Below, piece by piece: positions 50,811 through 61,958 of a DNA stretch of 64,000 nt. Each line of letters begins with the position of its first letter. Position 1 is the first letter of the stretch. Source of the stretch: Anthoceros angustus (taxonomy: Eukaryota > Plantae > Anthocerotophyta); contig MU008169.1 in assembly GCA_010909165.1 (NCBI GenBank), positions 248,001-312,000 of the forward strand. The letters are read 5' to 3'. Made by a program: the position numbers and the translations under genes. The notes under the pieces are model-generated. The model saw only the letters and a program-made list of their open reading frames with translations. It ran no database searches and was not told the DNA's origin.

Positions 50811-51619
50811 GTCCTTGAAAAAATTTTGCCGAAACCCAAGGACAACCTCATTTATAAGGGCATGGCCTTTCAACCCAATCCCAAACTTCAAGGAATCTCC
50901 GAATCCTGATCTTAGATATCCACTCCTTATGTTTGCTTTGACCACATAACACACTCTTTGACCACTTGAGTGAGTCCTCATGCATGCGCGATGATTTTCA
51001 TGTTGCAGATGCACATGACTGTGGGCACGCCCCGGGGCCGGAACTTGTTGTAATGCTCGGAGTTCATGGACACGTGGCGCTATACTATTGGTGCCCCTTT
51101 TCCATAAGAAGATGCATCGACCCCCTCTCCTTCAAGCATTCATAGTCTCGTGAGCATTTCGTGTGGAGGATCTTAGAGCTTTGAATTTCGAGCACGTCTA
51201 GTCGGGCAGAGTGCTCCCAATTGTCTGCCCATCAGGCCAACATGTAGGACACCAACACTCCTCGGCGGTTTCTTTGTTGCTTGCTCCTTCCATGGCGATC
51301 GTCCTTCATGGACTTCCTCTTGTGCACTTTTCCTCCTACCGTAGTGCCTACTCCCTTCTCCGATCCTACCGTAGGAACTCCCACCGTAGCTTCTCCGCTG
51401 GTGGTGTCCGCTCACCAATGCGAACTCTTTTGGTAGGAGGTCGTGCATCCTTGCCTACCTTTTTTGTAGGCGGTGGTTTCATAGGCTCCTTCCCTTTGTC
51501 ATCCTTCGCTCTTGAACCAAACTTCATGTTCTGGCTAGTAGGGAGGTGAGAAAAATTAGTTAGTGTCGGACTACCCCATAGATCAACATTATAACTCGCA
51601 CTAGTTCTCTAGTGGGCTA

Positions 51620-52290
51620 AGTGCGCAGATCAAGAGTTGAAGAAAGTGGCCGATGTGTTGGGCATAAGGCTTTACCATGCATACACTCTACTTATCCACC
51701 ATCGGTAGAACATGGAGTTCTTGTTTGGCAAAGTGGAAGACAACGGTGAAGAAAGATTATTTCTGCAAGCTGGACTACCCCGACGGATCAACATGACAAC
51801 CCGCACTAGTTCCTCTTGAGCCAATATCTTGAGATACGTATTGGACTTGCCTAGAAGAGGACTTGCCTAGAAGAGGTTCCTAGCATAGCGTCATCGACGT
51901 TGGATACGTATTGGACTTGCCTAGAAGAGGTTCCTAGCATAGCGTCATCGACGTTGGATACGTATTGGACTTGCCTAGAAGAGGTTCCTAGCATAGGCCA
52001 TCGACGCGATAATGGACTTGCCTAGAAGAGGTTCCTAGCATAGCCATCGACGTTGGATACGTATTGGACTTGCCTAGAAGAGGTTCCTAGTGGCGTCATC
52101 GACGTTGGATTGTGGTCGCTGTACGCGATGTAAGTAACATTTGTAACCATACTTACTTATTGCCTATAAGCTTGAACATTTTGCAAATGTACCTCTTGGT
52201 TTCAGAGAGTTACAGCGTGACGGGCAAGAGAGCCTGGATTTTGCGGCCGCTTATGTGATTCCATAAGGAGGATTAACGGTTCTGCTAAAA
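51620..52290 (+). pseudogene. ARI: ARI fragment type a (exon 3 plus intron 3) with a 54-bp minisatellite at ~51838-52110
   Basis: Matches 60860-61540; repeat unit TATTGGACTTGCCTAGAAGAGGTTCCTAGCATAGCGTCATCGACGTTGGATACG. Confidence 0.85.
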
Positions 52291-54349
52291 TGTCACCTAA
52301 TTGGTTTTTTTTTAGTGGAATAAAATTTTATCATTAAAAAACCTTTCACGTGTAGAAGAGCTTGATAACACTTAATGCAAGCCTATATATGTGCCTAGCC
52401 GGGGTGAGAATCACACCTCCTGTGCTAATCAAAAACTTTCACGTAGGGAGCTCGCTAACACTTAATGCAAGCCTATATGTGCCTAGCCCACATTCAGGGT
52501 GAGAATCACACCACCCCGGGCTAGATCAAAACCATCTGCCACAACAATCAAGATCAAAATATATTCCAAGCAGTGGTCTAACCCTAACAACCTCACGTGT
52601 ATGGGATCTCGATAATACTCCATGTAAGCTTATACATGTACACAACAAAAAGCCCATGTCTCAGAATCCATAGCTGCGCCTCGATCAACCGCATCTCCTG
52701 TTGATTTATAAATAAGTGCAGGGTTATGAGTGTTACTTACACTCATTACACAAGAGTGACCACAATCCAACGTCGATGACTCTATGCTAGAAACATCTTC
52801 TAGGCAAGTCCAATACGCAAATTTGGCCTAATTAGTTTAGCAAATATTAGGCCTAAACCAATCATGTTTGAACTAATTAGGACTGAAATTCAACAGCCAA
52901 AAAATCCAAGCCAAACCTATAGACCTAAACTAAAGCCTCTTGTCATCCTCATTGTCCAAGGATGAATCGCGGATAGAGTGTCCAAACTTGCGCATCCTCA
53001 TCTCGCAATCGAAACCCCAATTCCTGTCTAGCCTCAAGGCATGCGTTCTCGTAATAGGTAGCTGAGACGCGGCGTCCGCCTACCTCGCTTCATTGTGCCC
53101 TGCGATCATCCGTTTTCCTCCTTAAGTCATCCGCTCCAAGCCCTATCACTGTGGATACTCATGCACTCAATTTGTTGCCGCCCCTACCGCATCCGCGTCG
53201 TCCTCTACCACAGACTGAAACCGGCAGTGTACAGAGCACTCGTTGCCATTCTCTGTGTAGTCCTCGAGTGCAAACGTGATCCATGATTTTTTTACGGTGC
53301 GCCACTAGCTCATGGTTTGGAACCAAAGGAACTTGTGAATTCTGGCAGGAACGCATTCAAACTAGCACAATTCCAAGCTAACCCTAACGGGGATGCGCCT
53401 TAGGCAAGAAAACCCCTCTTATTATCCCTTAATTACATGGGGGTATATTCTCTATTCATACTCTTATTTGTCCTTGGGTTTTGGTAACTAGCATTAGGGT
53501 TAAACAAACCGGTGGTTTCGAAGTCCAAGGAAACTCTAGGGCTAAACCAATCAAAAATTTTAACTAGAGTTGTCCTTGAAAAATCTAGCCAAAAACCCAA
53601 GGACAACCTCATTTATAAGGCATGGCCTTTCAACCAATCCCAAGCGTCAAGGAATCTTCGAATCCTCACCTTAGATATCCGCTATTTAGGTTTGCTTACC
53701 ACATAACACACTCTTTGACCACTTGATGGAGTCCCAGCCATGCGTGATGATTTTCATGTTGCATATGCACATGATCGTGCACGCCACGCCAGGAACTTGT
53801 TGTAATACTGAGTTCATGGACAAGTGTCGCTATACTATTGGTGCCCCTTTCCATAAGAAGAAGATGCCCACCCTCTCCTTCAAGCATTCATAGTCTCGTG
53901 AGCATCAATTTCGTGTGGAGGATCTTAGAGCTTTGGAATTTCGAGCACGTCTGGTGGGTGCTCCAATTGTCGCCCATCAGGCCAACATGTAGACACCAAC
54001 ACTCCTCGGCGGTTTCTTTGTTGCTTGCTCCTTCCATGGCGACCGGTCCTTCATGGACTTCCTCTTGTGCACTTTTCCTCCCACCGTGAGTGCCTACTCC
54101 TTCCGATCCTAGAGAACTTCTCCTCTTGTAGCTTCTCTATGGTGGTGTCTCTACCAATGCGAACTCTTTTGGTAGGAGGTCGTGCATCCTGCCTACCTTT
54201 TGTAGGCGGTGGTTTCAGGCTCCTTCCCTTTGTCATCCTTCGCTCTTGAACCGTTGGCTTCATGTTCGTTGGCTAGTAGGGGAGGTGAGAAAAATTAGTT
54301 ATGGTGGACTACCCCATAGATCAACATTATAACTCGACTAGTTCTCTAG

Positions 54350-55010
54350 TGGGCTAAGTCTGTGAGATCAAGAGTTGAAAGTGGCCGATGTGTTGGGCAT
54401 AAGGCTTTACCATGCATACACTCTACTTATCCACCATCGGTGAACATGGAGTTCTTGTTTGCAAAGTGGAAGACAGCGGTGAAGAAAGATTATTTCAATT
54501 TGGACTACCCCGACGGATCAACATGACAACCCGACTTTAGTTCCTCTTGAGCCAATATCTTGAGATACGTATTGGACTTGCCTAGAAGAGGACTTGCCTA
54601 GAGGTTCCTAGCATAGCGCCATCGACGTTGGACGTATTGACTTGCCTAGAAGAGGTTCCTAGCATAGCGTCGCCAGCGTTGGATCGTGATTGGACTTGCC
54701 TAAGAGGTTCCTAACGCATACGCCACCGTTGGATACGATTGACTTGCCTAGAAGAGGTTCCTAGCAGCGTCGTGACGCTGGATACGTATTGGACTTGCCT
54801 AGAAGAGGTTCCTTTGCAGCGTCATCGGCGTTGGATTGTGTCTTCGCGATGTAAGTAACATTTGTAACCATACTTATTTGCCTATAGCTTGAACATTTTG
54901 CAAATGTACCTCTTGGTTTTGAGATACAGCGTGAGCGGGCAAGAGAACTGGACTTTGCGTTGCTTATGTGATTCCATAAGGAGGATTAACGGTCGCTAAA
55001 ATGTCACCTA
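54350..55010 (+). pseudogene. ARI: ARI fragment type a, second copy, with 54-bp minisatellite
   Basis: Same organisation as 51620-52290, with more indels. Confidence 0.8.
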
Positions 55011-55310
55011 ATTGGTTTTTTAGTGGAATAAAATTTTACGATTAAAAAGTTTTACGTATAGAAGAGTTCAAAACACTTAATGTATATATGTGCCTAGCCC
55101 AGGGGTGAGAATCACACCTCCTGTGCTAATCAAAAACTTTCACGTAGGGAGCTCGCTAACACTTAATGCAAGCCTATATGTGCCTAGCCCACATTCAGGG
55201 TGAGAATAAAATCAGTATAAACAAATATTCCAAGCAGCTGATGGTCTAACCCGGAACAAGTCTCACGTGTAAGGGATCTCGATAATACTCAATGTAAGGC
55301 TATATATGTA

Positions 55311-58300
55311 CAATGGGGTGCCTAAGGCTAGCCTAATAGCCTTGTTGTCTGTACAGTTAACGACATTGAATGAACCTCACCTTGTTCCGGGAATCTGAAT
55401 TGGTGACCAAACCCAAGTCTTCTTCCTCATCGTTGAGGTCGCCGTCTGAGTCGTTGAAGGAGTAATCAGCATCGCTCAGTCATCAGCCATCTTATAAATC
55501 AAGAGGAGACGCGGTTGATCGAGGCGCGGCTATAGATTCTAAGACATGGGCTTTCTGTACATATATAGCCTTACATTGAGTATTATCGAGATCCCTTACA
55601 CGTGAGACTTGTTCCGGGTTAGACCATCAGCTGCTTGGAATATTTGTTTATACTGATTTTATTCTCACCCTGAATGTGGGCTAGGCACATATATACATTA
55701 AGTGTTTTGAACTCTTCTATACGTAAAACTTTTTAATCGTAAAATTTTATTCCATTAAAAAAAACTAATTAGGTGATATTTTAGCAGAACTAATAATCCT
55801 CCTTATGGAATCACATAAGCAACGCAAAGTCCAGTTCTCTTGCCCGCTCACGCTGTATCTCAAACCAAGAGGGCGGTAGGATCGGGAGAAGGAGTAGGCA
55901 CTCACGGTGGGAGGAAAAGTGCACAAGAGGAAGTCCATGAAGGACCGGTCGCCATGGAAGGAGCAAGCAACAAAGAAACCGCCGAGGAGTGTTGGTGTCT
56001 ACATGTTGGCTGATGCGTGAGCAATTGGGAGCACTACGCGACTAGAGGCGTGCTCCTAAATTCCAAAGCTCTAAGATCCTCCACACGAAATTGATTTGGG
56101 AGCACTCTGCCTGACTAGACGTGCTCTAAATTCCAAAGCTCTAAGATCCTCCACACGAAATTGATGCTCACGAGACTATGAATGCTTGAAGGAGAGGGGG
56201 TCGATGCATCTTCTTATGGAAAAGGGGCACCAATAGTATAGCGACACTTGTCCATGAACTCCGAGTATTACAACAAGTTCCGGCCGTGGCGTGCCCACAG
56301 TCATGTGCATATGCAACATGAAAATCATCGCGCATGCATGGGACTCACTCAAGTGGTCAAAGAGTGTGTTATGTGGTCAAAGCAAACCTAAATAGCGGAT
56401 ATCTAAGGTGAGGATTCGAAGATTCCTTGACGTTTGGGATTGGGTTGAAAGGCCATGCCCTTATAAATGAGGTTGTCCTTGGGTTTTGGCTAGATTTTTC
56501 CAAGGACAACTCTAGTTAAAATTTTTTGATTGGGTTTAGCCCTAGAGTTTCCTTGACTTGAAACCACGGTTTGTTTAACCCTAATGCTAGTTACCAAAAC
56601 CCAAGGACAAATAAGAGTATGAATAGAGAATATACCCCATGTAATTAAGGGATAATAAGAGGGTTTTCTTGCCTAGCGCATCCCTAGTTAAGTTAGAATT
56701 GTGCTAGTTTGAATGCGTTCTGCCAATTCACAAGTTCCTTTGGTTCCAAACCATGAGCTAGTGGCGCCAGTAAAAAATCATGGATCACGTTTTCCGAGAC
56801 TACACGAGAATGGCACGTGCTCTGTACACGCCGGTTTGATCTGTGGTAGAGGACGGCGGATGCGATAGGCGGCTGAGTGCATGAGTATCCACAGTGATAG
56901 GGCTTGGAGCGGATGACTTAAGGAGGAAAACGGATGATCGCAAGGGCACAATGAAGCGAGGTAGGCGGACGCCGCGTCTCAGCTACCTATTACGAGAACG
57001 CATGCCTTGAGGCTAGACAGGAATTGGGGTTTCAGTTGCAGATGAGGATGCGCAAGTTTGGACACTCTGCAAGGATTCATCCTTAGACGATAAAGATGAC
57101 AAGAGGCTTTTAGTTTAGGCCTATAGTTTTGGCTTGGAAAGAGGCTCGCAATATAAGGAAGGAGGCTCGCAACTATTTGAAGGGTGAGAACAAGATCAAG
57201 TCATACTTGCTAAAGAATTTGAAGAGGGAATACTGGGAAGTATTCTTGAAAGAGGAACAAGCAAAGATTGGCCAGGTCTCACAAACTACATTAAACTTGT
57301 TGCTCAAGAGGAGCGGTTACTAGCAAGCACCTTACTATGGATTTGGAGGTCAACGCGGTTTGTGGACAAGTTTAAGGCTAGGTTTGGTAGGGATCCAATG
57401 TTGGAGGAGATCAATGACTGGGTCCAAGCCTGAACATTAGCTAAAGAAGCTGCATGCATTTTGGAAGACCAGCCAAACTGCAAGTCCTTCATTGGGGACT
57501 CAGAAGGATGCTATAGGGAAGATGGACAAGGCTGTGAATGTGTGGAATCTTTTACATGAAGCTGTGGTACAAGTGAAGAGTGTGATGAAAGAGTCATGAG
57601 ACAATTCTTCCAAGAATGTTTTGGAAGAGGCTTCATGGTGGAGCATTGCTTCCCTAGCAAGAAAGCTGAAATCCACCTGCTAATCTAGGGTGATAGCATA
57701 CACTCATTACCTTGCCTTGTTGGAGGTTTTGGATTGATTTCATTATTTGAAAATTTTGTGACCCTTTGGGAGGGACCTTTTCTATTTTGCACGGTGGCGG
57801 AACTTGTGAAAGGCATGTTGAGACCTGTAGCATTACTATGGGCCCCTAAACTATGGTATTTTACTATACACGCCAACTTTTACAATGGAATAAAATATTA
57901 GTACGAACCAATAATTTACAATAAAATAGTCGGATGTAAAGTTTACAATGGGCTCAAATTTACTACGGATTGAAGTTTACAAGCAATTTGCATTACAATA
58001 GATTTACCTTTACAACGAACTAGAGTTTTACACACAAGGCCATTTAAGCGGTAGGCATCGTGAACCGTGGGCATCGTACATATTTGCTTAGTTTAAGTTT
58101 CAACTGGTTTTCCACAAGCTGCTATTAGAATTGCTTGAAATTGCGATCATGCTGCCATGCACCGATTGTTGCTTGTTGGTCCTTGGCAAATTGTGTTGTG
58201 AAAACTCTCTTAGAATTTTATCTTCTTAATACTCGTGTATGGATCAGCATCGCAACATTGTGTGCTTCAGGGTTATCACCCAAGCTTCCTTGCTAGCAGT

Positions 58301-59270
58301 ACTTTTCAAGACAAGTCGTTGGGTGTTCCCATTTTTCAGACACTCTTTATAATTAAGCCTCTATTCCCAGCAGGATCGGAGTCAATTATGTGGCAGCTCT
58401 AGACTATATACTTTCGAAATGACAAGAAAGTGATCCAAAGACTATTCACCATGTTCCGATTTGGTGCGCTGAGTGCGCATATTAAGAGTTAAAGAAAGTG
58501 GCCGATATGCTCGGCATAAGGCTTCACCATGCATGCACTGTACTTATCCACCATCGGTGGAACATGGAGTCCTTGTTTGGCAAGGAGAAAGACAACGGTG
58601 AAGAAGGATTATTTCTGGAAGCTGGACTACCCCGACGAATCAACATGACAACCCGCACTAGATCCTCTTCAGCAAATGTCTTGGGAGCAACATTTACGTA
58701 TTGGACTTGCCTAGAAGATGTTTCTAGCATAGAGTCATCGACGTTGGATTGTGGTCACGCTCGACCGATGTAAGTAACACTCATAACCTCGCACTTATTT
58801 ATAAATCAACGGAGATGCGGTTGATCGGTAGCGCTATGGATTACGAGACATGGGCTTTTATTTGTGTGCATGTATAAGCACATGGTATTATCGGATCCCA
58901 ACACGTGAGGTTGTTAGGGTTAGACCACTGCTTGGAATATATTTTGATCTTGATTGTTGTGGCGGTTTTGATCTTGGGGGTGGTGTGATTCTCACCCCTG
59001 GATGTGGGCTACAGCACATGTATAGGCTTACATTCAGTTTTATCGAGCTCCTCTACATGTGAAAGTTTTTTTAATAGTAAAAATTTATTCTATAAAAAGA
59101 AAAAGCCAATTAGGTGACATTTTAGGAGAATCGTTCATCCTCCTTCTCGAATCACATAAGCAATCAAATAAGTGCAGGGTTATGAGTGTTACTTACACTC
59201 ATTACACAAGAGTGACCACAATCCAACGTCGATGACTCTATACTAGGAACCTCTTCTAGGCAAGTCCAAA
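55311..59270. repeat. Direct repeat of 44577-48616: ARI2 exon 1 and promoter, CACTA remnant, ARI fragment b, promoter copy, inverted exon-3 end
   Basis: Collinear from ATGGGGTGCCTAAGGCTAGCC (44580 and 55313) through ...GGCAAGTCCAA. Confidence 0.9.
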
Positions 59271-60859
59271 CGCAAATTTGGCCTAATTAGTTTCGAGGCA
59301 AATATTAGGCCTAAACCAATCATGTTTGAACTAATTAGGACTAAAATTCAGCAGCCTAAAAATCCAAGCCAAACCTATAGACCTAAACTAAAGGCCTCTT
59401 GTCATCCTCATTGTCCAAGGATGAATCCTTGGTGAGTGTACAAACTTGCGATCCTCATCCGCAAAGAAACCCCAATTCCTATTCTAGCCCTCGCTTTCAG
59501 TGCACATTCTAATAGCTGGGGATTGAGATGTCCTGATATCTCATATCTCACTTAGTTTACCTTGCGATCGTCGTTTCCTCCTTAGGCCATCCGCCTAAGC
59601 GTATCACTATGGATACTCATGTACTTAATTTGTTGCCCCACCGCATCCGTCATCCTCTCCACACACTCAAACCGGAGTGGTATACCTCGCTCCCATCCTC
59701 TGTGTAGTCCTCGAGCGCATGCATGTCGTGATCCATGATTTTTAGCTCGTGTGCCACTGCTCATGGTTTGGAACCAAAGGAACTTCTGAATTATGGCGGG
59801 AACGCATTCAAACTAGCACAATTCCAGGCTAACCATAATGGGGACGCGCCTTAGGCGAGAAAACCTCTTATTATCCCTTAATTACATGCGGGTATATTCT
59901 CTATTCATACTCTTATTTGTCCTTGGGTTTTGGTAACTAGCGTTAGGGTTAAACAAACCAGTGGTTTCGAAGTCCAAGGAAACTCTGGGGTTTGAACCCA
60001 ATCAAAAAATTTTAACTAGAGTTGTCCTTGAAAAATTTTGCCAAACCCAAGGACAACCTCATTTATAAGGCATGGCCTTTCAACCCCAATCCCAAACTTC
60101 AAGGAATCTCCGAATCGATCTCTTAGATATCCACCTTATGTTTGCTTTGACCACACATGCACACTCTTTGACCACTTGAGTGAGTCCTCATGCATGCGCG
60201 ATGATTTTCATGTTGCAGATGCACATGACTGTGGGCACGCCCCGGGGCCGGAACTTGTTGTAATGCTCGGAGTTCATGGACACGTGGCGCTATACTATTG
60301 GTGCCCCTTTTCCATAAGAAGATGCATCGACCCCCTCTCCTTCAAGCATTCATAGTCTCGTGAGCATCAATTTCGTGTGGAGGATCTTAGAGCTTTGGAA
60401 TTTCGAGCACGTCTAGTCGGGCAGAGTGCTCCCAATTGTCTGCCCATCAGGCCAACATGTAGGACACCAACACTCCTCGGCGGTTTCTTTGTTGCTTGCT
60501 CCTTCCATGGCGACTGGTCCTTCATGGACTTCCTCTTCAGGCACTTTTCCTCCTACCGTAGTGCCTACTCCCTTCTCCGATCCTACCGTAGGAACTTCTC
60601 CTACTGTAGCTTCTCCTGTTGGTGGTGTCTGTCTACCAATGCGAACTCTTTTGGTAGGAGGTCGTGCATCCTTGCCTACCTTTTTTGTAGGCGGTGGTTT
60701 CATAGGCTCCTTCCCTTTGTCATCCTTCGTTCTTGAACCAGAAACTTCATGTTCGTTGGCTAGTAGGGGAGGTGAGAAAAAATTAGTTATGCAAGCTGGA
60801 CTACCCCCATAGATCAACATTATAACTCGCACTAGTTCTCTAGTGGGCTAAGTGCGCAG

Positions 60860-61540
60860 ATCAAGAGTTGAAGAAAGTGGCCGATGTGTTGGGCATAAGG
60901 CTTTACCATGCATACACTCTACTTATCCACCATCGGTAGAACATGGAGTTCTTGTTTGGCAAAGTGGAAGACAACGGTGAAGAAAGATTATTTCGGATTT
61001 GACTACCCCGACGGATCAACATGACAACACTTTAGTTCCTCTTGAGCCAATATCTTGAGATACGTATTGGACTTGCCTAGAAGAGGACTTGCCTAAGAGG
61101 TTCCTAGCGCCATCATCGGCGTTGGATACGTATTGGACTTGCCTAGAAGAGGTTCCTAGCATAGCGTCATCGACGTTGGATACGTATTGGACTTGCCTAG
61201 AGGTTCCTAGCATAGCGCCATCGACGTTGGATACGTATTGGACTTGCCTGGAAGAGGTTCCTAGCATAGCGTCATCGACGTTGGATACGTATTGGACTTG
61301 CCTAGAAGAGGTTCCTAGCATAGCGTCATCGACGTTGGATTGTGGTCACTGCTTCTGCACTGATGTAAGTAACATTTGTAACCATGTACTTATTTGCCTA
61401 TAGCTTGAACATTTTGCAAATGTACCTCTTGGTTTCAGAGAGTTACAGCGTGACGGGCAAGAGAGCCTGGATTTTGCGGCCGCTTATGTGATTCCATAAG
61501 GAGGATTAACGGTTCTGCTAAAATGTCACCTAATTGGTTT
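60860..61540 (+). pseudogene. ARI: ARI fragment type a directly upstream of ARI copy 3, with in-frame 54-bp repeats at ~61060-61340
   Basis: ORF 61089-61403 reads (YWTCLEEVPSIASSTLDT)n followed by CGHCFC. Confidence 0.85.
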
Positions 61541-61958
61541 TTTTTTAGTGGAATAAAATTTTATCATTAAAAAACCTTTCACGTGTAGAAGAGCTTGATA
61601 ACACTTAATGCAAGCCTATATATGTGCCTAGCCCAGGGGTGAGAATCACACCTCTCCCAGGCTAATCAAAAACTTTCACGTGTAGGGGAGCTCGCTAACA
61701 CTTAATGCAAGCCTATATATGTGCCTAGCCCACATTCAGGGGTGAGAATCACACCACCCCCGGGCTAGATCAAAAACTATCTGCCACAACAATCAGTATA
61801 AAAAAATATTCCAAGCAGCTGATGGTCTAACCCGGAACAAGTCTCACGTGTACGGGATCTCGATAATACTCAATGTAAGGCTATATATGTACAGAAAGCC
61901 CACGTCTCAGAATTCATAGCCGCGCCTCGATCAACCGCGTCTCCAGTTGATTTATAAG
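61540..61958 (+). promoter_or_regulatory. Putative ARI promoter and 5' leader, with CACGTG boxes and a TATA-like motif
   Basis: CACGTG at 61580, 61677 and 61845; TATATA at 61882, ~75 bp before the ATG. Homologous blocks precede all ARI copies. Function is inferred only. Confidence 0.45.

Noticed and set aside
61060-61340. 54-bp and 68-bp (36615-36814) repeats as possible CRISPR arrays
   Set aside because: Head-to-tail tandem units with no unique spacers, no cas genes, and a eukaryotic context.
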